Under the pieces are notes generated by a model. It was not told where the DNA came from. It searched no databases and saw nothing but the letters and a program-made list of their open reading frames with translations. Of a stretch of 64,000 nt of DNA, positions 39,338-51,355 are shown in pieces. This DNA comes from Octopus sinensis. Its lineage: Eukaryota. A program made the translations under genes and the position numbers. The stretch lies in assembly GCF_006345805.1 (NCBI RefSeq), contig NC_043001.1:39990001-40054000 (forward strand), read 5' to 3'. Each line of letters begins with the position of its first letter. Position 1 is the first letter of the stretch.

Positions 39338-41824
39338 TTAGTATGGCACATCATATGTGATGTGATGTGTAAAGTCATGTGGTGTAGTGAGGAGAAGAGG
39401 GGGAGGGGGAGAAGAGGGGGGGAGAGAAGGCGAGGGGAAGAAGAGGGGGAGGAGAAGGGGGAAGAGGAGAGGAGGGGGAGAAGGAAGGGGAGGAGGGGGA
39501 TGAAGGTGGAAAGAGGGAGAGGGGGAGAGAGGGAGTGAGGGAGCAGAGGGAAGGGGAAGAGGGAGGGAGAAAGAGGGAAGAAGGGAAGGGGAGTAGGGGT
39601 GAAAGGATGAAGGACTGAAGAAGTAGGAGTCGGGGGGAAAGGATAGGTGAGGAGGGGGGAGAGGGGGGTTAGATGAGGAGGGGGGAGAGTTGAGACCAAA
39701 TGGCGTATAAGAGCGAAGAGAGAAGATTAATTCCTGTTCACGGCGCAAACGGGAATCCGGATGGCCTCTGTGTAAGGACAAACCGAACACAGATAGGTGT
39801 TGCAAGGAGTGACCGGTGGAGCGGAAATGGCGTGAGACCGGTGTGTCGTTCGCAAGGTGGATGTCACGAAGGTGTTCCGCGAACCGGTCAGCCAAGCGGC
39901 GTCCCGTTTGTCCGATGTACAAGGAATTGCAGAGAGAACAAGAGATGCAATAGATAATATTGCTGGAGGTGCAGGTGAAGGAGTGGATGATGGGATAGGG
40001 TCGATGGTGGGTGCTAGTGAGGCGGGTGGTGTTGGAGAGGTAAGGGCAAGTGCGGCAACGTGGGCGGGAGCAGGGGAACGAGCCGGGTTGGGAGGTAGGG
40101 TCAGGGAAGGAGCTATGGACCAAAAGGTCTCGAAGGTTGTGGGCTCGTTTGAAAGAGGGGAGGGGTCGGTTAGGGAAGAGGTGTGAAGTGGACGGGTCGG
40201 ACTGGAGATGACGGAAAGCTCGAAGAATGGTGCGTTGGAGACGTAGGGTCGTGGGGTGGTAAGTGAGGGGAAAAGGGAGGCGGGAGACTACAGGGCGGGT
40301 TCGGGGAGAGAGAGCAGATATACGGTCCACGGACCGTGCTCTAGCAAGGGCGGTGTGGATAGTGGTGAGGGGGTATCCACGTAGGGTGAAGTGGTGAGCC
40401 ATACGTTGAGACTGAGTCTCAAAGTCATGGTCGTCACTACAGAGCCTACGTAGACGGAGGAATTGGGAATAGGGGATGGAAAGCTTGGTGTGTTCTGGGT
40501 GGGAGGAAGAGAAGTTGAGGTATGAGTGTGAGTCTGTGTGTTTGTAGTGAATGGAGGTGGTAAGAGTGGAGTGAAGAATGCTAACCGAAATGTCGAGGAA
40601 GGAGACAGAGGTGTTGGAGATAGTGGAAGTGAAGTGGAGGGCTGGATGGAAAGATTGGACGAAAGAGAGGAAGGAATCTAGATGTTCGCGGGAGAGTGAG
40701 GTGGCACCGATAATGTCGTCAATATAACGACCATATAGTTCAGGAGTGGGACCAGTGAAATTAGAGAATATTTGGGCCTCAACATAGCCAACGAACAGGT
40801 TCGCATAGTTGGGGCCCATTCGCGTTCCCATGGCCACTCCCGAGACCTGATGGTAGAACTCGCCCGCGAACGAGAAGCAGTTCAGAGTAAGGACAAGTTC
40901 GGCCAGACGAATGAGTGTGGAGGTGTCAGGTACAGGGTTAGAGCGGAGGTCAAGAAAGTGTCGAAGGGCCTGCAGTCCTTCGTGGTGAGGGATAACAGTA
41001 TAGAGGCTTTGGATGTCCATAGTAAAAAGGATTTTGGAGGAGCCGGGAGGAAAGGAGAAAGAGTTGAAAAGCCGGAGAGCATGGTTGGTATCGTGGATGT
41101 GGGAGGGAAGAGATGCCACTAGGGGGGCAAGGACACGGTCGAGGTATTTAGAGATGAGCTCCGTGGGGCAGTTACAGGCGGAGACGATGGGGCGGCCAGG
41201 GTTGTTGGGTTTGTGGATTTTGGGGAGGAAGTAAATGGTGGGGGTACGTGGGGTTCGCACAATTAGGTTGGATGCGGTGCGGGGGAGACGGGAGGACGAG
41301 ATGAGGTCTTGGACAGTAGAGGATACCGTCTGTTGGTAGCTACGTGTGGGGTTAGAGGGCAGAGGGGAATAGAAGGAGGTGTCATTGAGTTGGCGGAAAG
41401 CCTCGGCCCTATAGAGGTCCGCGCGCCACACCACTACAGCTCCACCCTTGTCAGCCGGTTTGATGATAATGTCAGCGCGCCGTTGGAGGGAACGAAGAGC
41501 CAAGAGCTCAGCCGGGGAGATGTTGAGGCGGCGTTGGCGCCTGGAGAAGTTGAACTGCTCCAATGCACGCTGACAAGCGCCCGCGAAAAGATCCACTGCT
41601 AGGATCTGGCCAGGGGCAGGCGTCCACGGGGATGGTCGGCGGCCCAGGCCAGTGAAGCAGTCGTCCTCTTCGTTGGGTGTGGGTGGCGAGTCGTGGTAAT
41701 GCGCACCCAACCGGACACGGCGCACAAAGCTGTGGACATCAACTCGCGTCTGGAATTCCTTACAGGATGGAGTGAGGGGGATGAAACGCAGACCCCTACC
41801 AAGGACATATATATATATATACAC
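39338..41824 (-). CDS. Penelope-like element RT + GIY-YIG ORF, open, 5'-truncated
   Basis: Motifs: VLGRGLRFIP, KPADKGGAVVVW, YFLPKIHK, PGRPIVS, FTMDIQSLYTVIPH, GVAMGTRMGP, RYIDDI, CSRPRCRTC linker, and IYCISC...YIGQTGR...RFAEH. The annotated Met lies in an (AT)n tract. Residues after about 39690 are a low-complexity CT-rich tail. Confidence 0.93.
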   Translation of the reverse strand: MYIYIYVLGRGLRFIPLTPSCKEFQTRVDVHSFVRRVRLGAHYHDSPPTPNEEDDCFTGLGRRPSPWTPAPGQILAVDLFAGACQRALEQFNFSRRQRRLNISPAELLALRSLQRRADIIIKPADKGGAVVVWRADLYRAEAFRQLNDTSFYSPLPSNPTRSYQQTVSSTVQDLISSSRLPRTASNLIVRTPRTPTIYFLPKIHKPNNPGRPIVSACNCPTELISKYLDRVLAPLVASLPSHIHDTNHALRLFNSFSFPPGSSKILFTMDIQSLYTVIPHHEGLQALRHFLDLRSNPVPDTSTLIRLAELVLTLNCFSFAGEFYHQVSGVAMGTRMGPNYANLFVGYVEAQIFSNFTGPTPELYGRYIDDIIGATSLSREHLDSFLSFVQSFHPALHFTSTISNTSVSFLDISVSILHSTLTTSIHYKHTDSHSYLNFSSSHPEHTKLSIPYSQFLRLRRLCSDDHDFETQSQRMAHHFTLRGYPLTTIHTALARARSVDRISALSPRTRPVVSRLPFPLTYHPTTLRLQRTILRAFRHLQSDPSTSHLFPNRPLPSFKRAHNLRDLLVHSSFPDPTSQPGSFPCSRPRCRTCPYLSNTTRLTSTHHRPYPIIHSFTCTSSNIIYCISCSLCNSLYIGQTGRRLADRFAEHLRDIHLANDTPVSRHFRSTGHSLQHLSVFGLSLHRGHPDSRLRREQELIFSLRSYTPFGLNSPPSSSNPPLPPPHLSFPPDSYFFSPSSFHPYSPSLLPSFSLPLPLPSAPSLPLSPSPSFHLHPPPPLPSPPPLLFPLLLPLFFPSPSLPPSSPPPPLLLTTPHDFTHHITYDVPY

Positions 41825-43438
41825 ACCCTAATGGGAGCCTTAACTCCCAAATTTTAGTCATTTCTTTTATGATCCAAAACTAGGTCAAAAGTACTGAATG
41901 GATCTTTATGAAATTTGGAAATTATATTCTATGCATAAGGGCCATAACCCCCATGAGAATTCATATATTTTTGCTGTTGATGAAATTTTAACCATAGATA
42001 TTAGACACAAATGAAGTAATATTTATAAAATTTCATCTTCTTACAAGTTAGAAAGACCCCTCTATGGGGACTTAACAACCAAAATTTTGTCACTTTATCT
42101 AAGCAAAAACGAATACAGTTGTACTTTTGGAAGCTGTAGGGTTACCCGAGCATAAAAGATGAGCAATATTTGTAATTCAATGGTACAACAGTGTAACAGT
42201 TTGCTTTGACATACACTTACATTGTGATTTCTGCAATGTGGTGCATAAATTGTCAAATAAATGAGAGGCTTCTTTGCCTCCACTGATTCAGTTGCAAAGT
42301 GTTGAGTAAAGTTATTTGATTGCAGATCTCCTTTCAGTCTTTTTATTATCACTTGGTCACACAGAGTCCCCAGATGGTAACATTGATTTCAAGGCCATCC
42401 CAGATGAGTGACTGGTTATTCAAAGACATTTTTAGATTGTAAATTTATTCTGTGCCTGTCACCTGGATGGTGAGGAATCCTACATTGGGAGCGGTAACGA
42501 CTAGGGTAGGGTAGCTGACTGCTTATTGTGATCATTTGTCTTTTGGTTTCTTGTAGCTTTGCTCTCTTTTACAAACCCAGTGAACATATATTTCCTATTT
42601 CAAAGAAATTCAAACAATAGATATAAGACCCAAGTTAAAAAGATTCTCAACAATTCAACTTCTCTGGTTGATATTAAGATGCCCACCCCCAACAGGGACC
42701 TTAACTCTCACATTTTAGAGCTCCATGACCTTCATTTTTCAGGAGCAAAATCTTTTGAAAAGGTTCAATAAGACTGGAATTTTGGAATATGCGCATAAAA
42801 ACCAGTAGTATGGGATCATGTGGCACGATTACAATTTTGTTTGGGTGTGTAAAGAGGGAAACAACCCTCATCTGCAATTTTGATGAAATTCGAAACATAG
42901 ATATTCCAGTTCATAACAGAAAATATAACAGAAAAGTCTAATTCTTCAATTGCATGTAACACAGGTAACGCCAAGTATCTCTGCTAGTATACATATATAT
43001 ATACATGCATACATATACATATATATATTTATATTTATATTTATATATGTTTATATATACACATACACACAGAATGTGTGTGAGTCTGTGCATGTGTGTA
43101 TGCATGTTTATGCATGTAATAGTTTCAGTATTAATAGGGGAAGTATATAATAGTAAAAGTATTAAAGTGAAAATATTATCTCACATTACAATATAGATGT
43201 TATTGTATCACTTTTGACACATAATACTGAAATAATGTAAGAGATAAGAGATTGCTCCAGGCTCTCATTAAGCAAGAAGTTGAACATTTCTTTGGCCCAT
43301 GACACTGCATAGAACCTAAGCAAGGCATGTGTAAACCTTGAATGAAATCGGTTGGGTACTTCTCAACTTTTAGTGATGCACACATAGAGACAGGCAGACA
43401 GACAGACACACACACACATTTTCAGTTTTATATATACA

Positions 43439-43516
<78 letters not shown>

Positions 43517-43524
43517 ACACACAC

Positions 43525-43556
<32 letters not shown>

Positions 43557-43559
<3 letters not shown>

Positions 43560-44535
43560 GGTCATCCCATAAGTTCTGTCTGATTTTACCTTTTTTAAAA
43601 TTGAATGAAATTTAATAGTATTTAAAATGTCTAATGGCAGTAAAAATTATTTTTTGCATTTGTGTACATTTAAACTAATTGAATATCGTTTTACAGAATA
43701 ATAGAATTTAAATTTCTTTGATTAAAATCCTTTCTAACATGGAAGTATCCAAAGAGCACCTAAGGCACATAATGCTTTATGAGTACAGAATGGAAACTCT
43801 GCAGCCGAAGTGACTCGAAACATACACCCAGTTTATGGGAAAGAATGCTTGAATGAATGAACTTGTAGAAACTAGATTTCAGTGGAGATTTCAGCCTTGA
43901 AGATCGAACAGGACATCTAGATGAGTTTGATGATAAACTCCTTGAGGCATTACTTGAAGAAAATCCTGCATTATCAGTTGAAGAATTGGCAATAAAGCTT
44001 AGTTCAAACAATACAACTGTTCATCGTCATCTTCAACAACTTGGAAAGGTTCCTAAACTTAGAAAATGGGTGCCTCATGAATTATCCAAAAGCAACCGCG
44101 AATCCCAAGTTGATATCTGCTCTTCTCGCCATTCTCATGAACTCATTTCACCCTTTTTGGATAGACTTGTGACTGGTGATGAAAAATGGATCTTCTATCG
44201 TAATGTTAAATGTCATAAACAGTGGCTTGGAAAAAGAAAAAAAAGCTCAACCACAACTGAAAAGGGAACTTCATAGAAAAATGGTTCTTCTCTGTCTGGT
44301 AGGACTGCAAAGGAGTAATTCGCTTTGAATTGTTACCACCTAATGCAACAATCAATGTTCAAGTCTACTGTCAGCAATTAGAGCGTTTGAACCAAGCTTT
44401 GAAGAAAAAAAGACCTGCTTTAGTGAATCGAAAAGGGGTGATGTTTCATCAGGTCAAGCACAACCCCACACTGCAAAGATCACATGACAGAAGATCGAAG
44501 AGCTTGGTAGGGAAAAAATTCCTCATCCACCTTAT
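43557..44535 (+). mobile_element. Mariner element, 3'-truncated
   Basis: TIR tctggtcatcccataagttctgtctg. Contains KWVPHEL and LVTGDEKWIFY, and is cut at PHPPY. Confidence 0.9.
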
Positions 44536-44597
44536 TTCTCAACTTTTAGTGATACACACATATCAACACACACATACATAGACAGACAGACATTCTC

Positions 44598-44680
<83 letters not shown>

Positions 44681-44682
44681 TG

Positions 44683-45110
44683 ATGTGGACACCTCTGATG
44701 AGAACCCAATAAGGTTCAAAAATCGATCAAGGTTGTTCATCATTTTTTCAGTCTGCGGAGAAATGACTAAAAATTTGCCCTGTTTATAATTATACCATAT
44801 TTTACATATCTATTAAATCATACCTTGATACTGTGTGGACGAAGATCCCCATTGACAGGCCGCTGGTATTTATAGAATGTTGAAGACTTTTGGTATGCAA
44901 GTTAGGGACTTCTTCATACAGTAACTGGTGCATTTATTAAGTATATAAATAGTTTAGCTTCTTTTTTTCTCTCACGACTGTCAGAAAGATGAAGACACCT
45001 CTGATAAGAACCCAATAAGGTTCGAAAATTGATTACGGTTGTTCATCACTTTTTCAGTCTGTGGAGAAATAGCTAAAAATTTGCCCTGTTTATAATCATA
45101 CCTTGTTACA
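44683..45110 (+). ncRNA. Two direct-repeat pLTR-like units, each with a hammerhead motif (44691-44733 and 44997-45039)
   Basis: The consensus of the two copies is ACCT-CTGATGA-GAACC caataa GGTTC-GAAA-ATCGAT-TA|AGGT. Each copy carries different core substitutions. Confidence 0.65.
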
Positions 45111-45122
45111 TATATATATATA

Positions 45123-45697
45123 CAGGGTGGCCCAAAAGTAGGTCTACAGTTGTTCAAATATTTCTTTTGCATTCATACATTAACAGTTTAGATCTTAATT
45201 ATAAAAAAAACATGAAACCATTATTCTATGCTAATTTAGTTAATTTAGTCAAGCTCCCTTTTCAGTTGACAGTAAGTAACTACTTTAACCAAGCCTTTCC
45301 ACAGCATTGGTTTGGAAGACGGTGCAGTATCAAATGGCCACCATGTTCACCTGACTTGACCTGACACCAATGGATTTCTGTTTTTGGAGTGTTGTAAAGA
45401 AGAAGGTTTATGAGAAGAATTCCAAAACAGTAATTGAATTAAAAGATTACATTTCTGATGCATTCACTGAAATTGATGGAGATCGGAATTTGTGCTGCAC
45501 TGTGTGTCTGAAGAGGTTTGAAGAATGTTGCAATGTTGAAGGATGACATTTTGAGCATCTGAGAGATCAAATATTGTCTGTTTAAGATGTGCATAAACAA
45601 TATGATTGTAAGATAGAAAATTAAAGGTAACGAAATATTTTGAAAGAAATTTTAAGTGCCTATGGGATAACTGTAAACCAACTTTTGGGCCACCTTG
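45123..45697 (+). mobile_element. Internally deleted Tc1/mariner element (575 bp)
   Basis: TA-flanked TIRs cagggtggcccaaaagt. Retains KWPPCSPDLT...FWSVVKKKVY. Confidence 0.88.
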
Positions 45698-45785
45698 TAT
45701 ATATTTGTGCATGTATGTATATATCACATTCGGTATAATCACATTCGGTTAAAATGTCTTATTGATGCGTTTTGTTTCTTTTATT

Positions 45786-45871
45786 TTCCCTGATGAGAAT
45801 GTTGCTTTGTTTTACATCATTTTATTCCTTCTGGAATAATACCAATGTTTTCTTCGAAACATATGTTGGAA
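45786..45871 (+). ncRNA. Type I hammerhead motif with palindromic stem III
   Basis: TTCC-CTGATGA-GAA...TTC-GAAA-CATATG-TT|GGAA. The core is complete and stem I is TTCC/GGAA. Confidence 0.7.
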
Positions 45872-45913
45872 GTATAAAGAACTGAATAACACCTGCGTGT
45901 AACTCCATTCATT

Positions 45914-45992
<79 letters not shown>

Positions 45993-45996
<4 letters not shown>

Positions 45997-46265
45997 TATT
46001 ATAAAAGGCAGATTTTATCTGCCTCCCTTTGGGAGTTATAGAAATCTACAATATAGGATTTCTTCAATTACAATTTACCTAGCATTTTTAAGAGTACAAT
46101 GCATCGCGTCATGCCAGGTCCAGTTTTTAAAATTTAAACTCCAATTAAGCAAAATTTACAGAAAACTCACATTCTGGTGTGTGTGTCAAATGCTTTTCTT
46201 AGTCTGGTTTACACCACACGCAAACGCACACACACAGTGGGCAACGAATAAAATGAAAGTAAATA
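45993..46265 (+). mobile_element. Helitron-like 5' segment (family A)
   Basis: Starts atcttattataaaaggcag; near-identical to 47779-48030. Confidence 0.6.
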
Positions 46266-46754
46266 GCGACAGAGTGATTTGAGGAAGACTAAAGTGAAAG
46301 TATTCTGTCTATGACGCTGATAGATACATGAGTAAAATGTATGGGAAGCTAAGAGCTAAGAGTGAGTGAAAATGTTCTTGGAAGAGAGTAATTAGTAATA
46401 AAGTAAACATACACTCATGCATACATACATACATACATACATACATACATACATACATACATACATACATACATACATACATACATACACACACATACAC
46501 ACACACATACATACACACACACATACATACATACATACATATACATACATACATACACACACACATAGTATTGAAGCTTGAGAACAATCAGATACATTTG
46601 CAACACATCTGTTGAAAATATTATTGTTCACACACATACATATACATATATACATACAGACAGACAGACAGATAGACACACACACACACACACACACACA
46701 CATGATCCAGCATGGCCACAACCTCAAGGCTGAAACATATAAAAGAATAACAGA

Positions 46755-47125
46755 ATATAAATGTGTGCAAAGTACAAGAAATATTAATGCAGTATATGGG
46801 GATTGGACAATAAGCGTAAGGCAGTGTCAATGGTGGTTCCAGAAATCCCGAGCCATAAACTACAGCCTAGAAGACGAGCCTCATCCTGAAAGATCTGTAG
46901 AACTCGACAAGGACATCCTGAAAACCCTGGTGGAACAAAATATCATCGTAACTGTTGAGGAACTAGCAGAGAAGCTTGGATTTGGTCATTCAACCATTCA
47001 TTGACACCTGTGTGCTATCGGAAAAGTCAGCAAATTGGGTCAATGGGTTCCTCACGAACTTTCCGAGTCTAATTGCATGCAGAGAGTGAATGTATGCTTT
47101 TCTTTGCTGTCATATCTCACCACTA
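46755..47125 (+). mobile_element. Mariner N-terminal remnant
   Basis: STRNINAVYG...QCQWWFQK...VEELAEKLG...GQWVPHEL. Confidence 0.8.
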
Positions 47126-47139
47126 CTGCGCTATGTATA

Positions 47140-47778
47140 TCTATATATATAAAACTGTAGTTGTGTGAGTGTCTGTCCCCTTCGATTTAGATTCCTAACT
47201 ACTCCCACATTTTGCGGTACAGTTTAACCAAATTCGGGTAGCTTATAGTCGTGATTCATATCGAGTCCGTCTGAATATTAGCGCGCGTCTACGATGAGTC
47301 TACGATTTTAAAAATAATTTAACATCATTTTTTATTCCATTTTAATGCATAATTTTTCGTGTGTCGATGGCGGCGGAGTTGGCGTCCACGCTCACACCTG
47401 CACCTGTGGGGAAGGGAGTGTAAAGAAATCAACGTCGTAATGCGTTGTCAAGGAGACCAGTGTTCTTTTAGAACAACGACTTCATGGCTTGAAGACACCA
47501 AAACAGAAATGGCTAAGAAAGCGTCTACATGAGTCTACGATTTAAAAAAAAATTTACCATCGTTTTTTTTTTCCATTTTAATGCATTTTTTCGCTATTAT
47601 ATAAGGGAAGTAACTCTCTAAAAATGTCTACGATGAGTCAACGATTTAAAAAAAATTTACCATCATATTTTTTCCATTTTTAATGCATTTTTTGCTATTT
47701 TTTGGCTATAACTCTCTAAAAATGCTTATATAGTTATTTCCCTTACAAACCCGAGCAACGCCGGGCGATACTGCTAGT
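47140..47778 (+). mobile_element. Non-autonomous Helitron (family B), complete
   Basis: A|TCTATATATATAAAA start, an internal duplicated segment, and cccgagcaacgccggg...CTAG|T end. Confidence 0.85.
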
Positions 47779-48030
47779 CTCTTATTATAAAAGGCAGATT
47801 TTATCTGCCTCCCTTTGGGAGTTATAGAAATCTACAATTACAATTTACCTTGCATTTTTAAGAGTACAATGCATCGCGTCATGCCAGGTCCAGTTTTTAA
47901 AATTTAAACTCCAGTTAAGCAAAATTTACAGAAAACTCACATTCTGGTGTGTGTGTCAAATGCTTTTCTTAGTCTGGTTTACAGCACACGCAAACGCACA
48001 CACACAGTGGGCAACGAATAAAATGAAAGT
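47779..48030 (+). mobile_element. Second Helitron family A 5' segment, abutting the family B 3' end
   Basis: Copy of 45993-46265 with a deletion of about 20 nt. Confidence 0.6.
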
Positions 48031-48269
48031 AATTGACTTACTGTAGTGAGTGATTCTTTCACTCTGCCTCCCACTTCCTCTTTCCACACAGACACGCAAA
48101 TATATAAATAAAATTGTAAGCTAATGTGCGTGTGTGTGAGTGGGTGTGTGTGGGTGTGCGCGTGTGTGTGTGTGTGTGAGGGTGCGTGTGTGTGTGTGTG
48201 CGTGTGCGTGAGTGTGTGACAGGAAAGTTTTTTTACGACGAATATAACACCTATATCCAAGTAGCAGAA

Positions 48270-48615
48270 AGATAAGACAGTAAGGTGTGATTTGAGGGAG
48301 ATTTGGCTGCTATTTCTACCATGTCTAGCTGCCATGTAGGGGTCTCCCTCATAGGCTCATACATACATATATACATAGATAAGACAGTAAGGTGTGATTT
48401 GGGGGAAATTTGGCTGCTATTTCTACCAGGTCTAGCTGCCATGTAGGGGTCTCCCTCATAGGCTCATACATACATATATACATAGATAAGACAGTAAGGT
48501 GTGATTTGGGGGAAATTTGGCTGCTATTTCTACCAGGTCTAGCTGCCATGTAGGGGTCTCCCTCATAGGCTCATACATACATATATACATAGATAAGACA
48601 GTAAGGTGTGATTTG
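48270..48615. repeat. 107-bp tandem repeat, about 3.2 copies
   Basis: gataagacagtaagg recurs at 48271, 48378, 48485 and 48592; the copies are nearly identical. Confidence 0.95.
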
Positions 48616-48646
48616 GACATCGCTGCAATATATATATAAATATATA

Positions 48647-48682
<36 letters not shown>

Positions 48683-49105
48683 TGTATGTATGATCAGCTG
48701 AGTATCCCGTCGTTGGTGGGTAATTTTCACAATAAAATATTTTGGCAGACTGAGACTTTCAGAATGGCACACCTTCATTAGTTGGATTTTCTCTGTTTTG
48801 AAGGGAATTTTTCCAATTTTTTTTCTACCATGCCCTTGTAAATAATGCGTGAAAGTTTTTCATGAAAAAAGTTTTTGAAAATTTATGAATCCTCCCATCC
48901 CTTTCCTTCCAGAATAATTTCGTCCAATTTTTTTTACACTATGCACTTAAAAAAACAATGGGGAACATATTGTCAGTTAAAAAACTAACTTTTGGAAATC
49001 TTGTTTTGAATTTCATGACATAGATATAGGTATATATTTGTACATATAAGGACATACACATACATATATAGATAAAATATGTAGGTATATACTTATACAT
49101 GTACA

Positions 49106-49151
<46 letters not shown>

Positions 49152-49619
49152 TCAGATCATTTTCTGGATTCTAAACCAGGAATCAAAATCTTAGTCTAGA
49201 TTTTTCCTACCAGTTCCTTTCCATTGTTCTTGGCATTTACACTAATTTATGAGAATCAACTGTCATATATAGGTAAGTTCTATTCTTTAACTGACCATCT
49301 TGTGTCAAAGACAGTTCATACCAGACAATAGACAAAGTCCTTTGTTTAGCCTTACCTAATTTAGCTAGGGAATTGTCTATGCTCCGCATAGACTTTTTTT
49401 TTTTTTTGTAAATGAATTTTGAAACATATCCTAACACTTTTACGATGCATTAAAAAATGTGGTTGTTTTATTTTCTGATAATTTAAAACTGTTATTTCAG
49501 TTCGAATATAACACAAATAAAATGTTATTACAAATAGATTTATACATTTCAAATGCGATTGAAATATTTATTATAGAAAATTAAATACTCCTTAAAGTAC
49601 TTTGGAATCTATTTTATCC

Positions 49620-50960
49620 TACCCTTACGTGATTTCACCCTGAACGTGATTTCAAATTACTGGAAGGAGAACTGTATAAGAATGAGCAGCAATAATCTGA
49701 AATCACTGCAACAGTGATTTACTTCAAATCATTAATATGTAGGTAAGTTAACTCCCTTGAATTTACCTCCCTTGGTTACTTTTTTCCTTTTTTGTTTGGA
49801 TTGTTCTTGCTATGAGAGTGATCTCCCTTACACTATATAGCCATTACTAATAGTCCACGACACCATTAAGGGTATTTTTGTAACGCAAAGTTTTGATACT
49901 ATTAGGAGATAAATATAGCTTTGATGAGAAGAATAAACTATAGTTTGGTAGCTTTGCAACTCTGGTTCAAAAGTTAAGAACCCTTTTCGATTTTGAGAGA
50001 AAATAAAAGAAACTAGGATCATTAGCAGTGACATGCAAAGTGGCCCTCCATAAAACGATCCACTTGATTTTCCTTTGAGACTTCTTCTGGCACGGTGTAG
50101 TCAGCATCAATAATGACCGCCTTCCTTTGTGCTGTGTTTTCACTTGTTGGTCCTGCTCATCGTTCGGATTATACAAACTGTCATTATGTCGAACATAATT
50201 CTCGTGAATATAAGCTTTCATCCATGTACACAATTCGTTGCTTCTTCGCTGCATTGAGCGAAACTAATCTGACTATATAGAGATCCCGCTTACGAATGTT
50301 CTCGGCTCGGAGCTTGTAGCACATCATTCCTTTCTTCTTTCCACGACGGCATCCTTTTTGCTTAAGGAATCTTTGAACAGATCGCAGAGCTGCTTGGACT
50401 TACTTTGGTTGATCACAGTCAACAGCAATGAGACCATTTTCGATACAGTAGTCCATCACATCACGTGCAACAGTCATAGTGTGAGTCGCCCGACAATCTC
50501 TGACAAATTTCTGGATTACGGGGGTCACAAGACAAAGATCAGGAACTTTTAGATTTCGTTTTCCAATTATCTTCTGCTCCGAAACTTCTCCATCTCAACA
50601 AATTTGGTCCAGATTTCACTGCAGAGCATATTACTTCGACCAAGTACATTCACAGTACGGTTCGTGGTATCTACATTCTTTTACATTCACCCATGTCTTT
50701 TATTACTGTGCAGCATGACATGTTCATGACAAAATTTGTCTTGTACAGTGAGAATATCCAGCTTCCTCTCCTTGGTAAGGCTCCTAGGTCGATTTTTTTT
50801 TTCACGAAAATCTCTACATACTTATGAAATGGTTTATCCACAACCTTATTCTTCTTCTTGGGAGTGTAAGAAACAACATTTCCCTGTCTTTTGTTTCTTC
50901 TTGGTTCCAAAACACTCTTCAACTTAGTCCTTTTCTTAATTTCTTTCCATAAGTTTTGAT
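49620..50960 (-). pseudogene. Unusual IS630/Tc1-like DDE transposase remnant, internally deleted
   Basis: RPRSLTKERKLDILTVQ...TVARDVMDY...ALRSVQRFLKQKGCRRGKKKG...RIVYMDESYIHENYVRHNDSLYNPNDEQD...QHKGRR, then IIDADYTVPE. It has stops and frameshifts, and no second catalytic Asp is visible. Confidence 0.7.
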
Positions 50961-51288
50961 CTGCAGGGGAGAGAAAAACAATTAATAGTGCAAAAGAAAG
51001 ATCTCAACGAGCTCTATTCAACGATATAATGGGTTTAAACAGTAAAAACTGACTGAGTAAAACGCAAAATAGACCTCAACTGTGTCGCAGACTGCAAAGT
51101 GCGAGGTTTCTATGGGTCAACTGAATGGTAATGTTTTGTCCGTTATCTTTGCCAATATAAATGATATCTTAAGTGATATGGTCGAACGAAGCTATAGATG
51201 TCTCTCTCGCGTATGCTTCATGTAATTACGTTTCTCAGGATTTTAGCTAAGATCAAAGAAAAGTTAACAATTTGAACATTTATAATCA

Positions 51289-51355
<67 letters not shown>

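Noticed and set aside
39338-39690. Proline-rich C-terminal domain of the 828-aa ORF
   Set aside because: It is read-through into a CT-rich low-complexity tract and not a credible domain.
39700-41850. Plus-strand and alternate-frame ORFs overlapping the Penelope ORF
   Set aside because: These are expected shadows of GC-rich coding sequence and carry no motifs.
42080-42900. Possible LINE RT and mariner fragments
   Set aside because: Too degraded to assign from motifs.
48270-48615. Regular repeats resembling a CRISPR array
   Set aside because: The whole 107-bp unit is repeated with no unique spacers. There are no cas genes and the context is eukaryotic.
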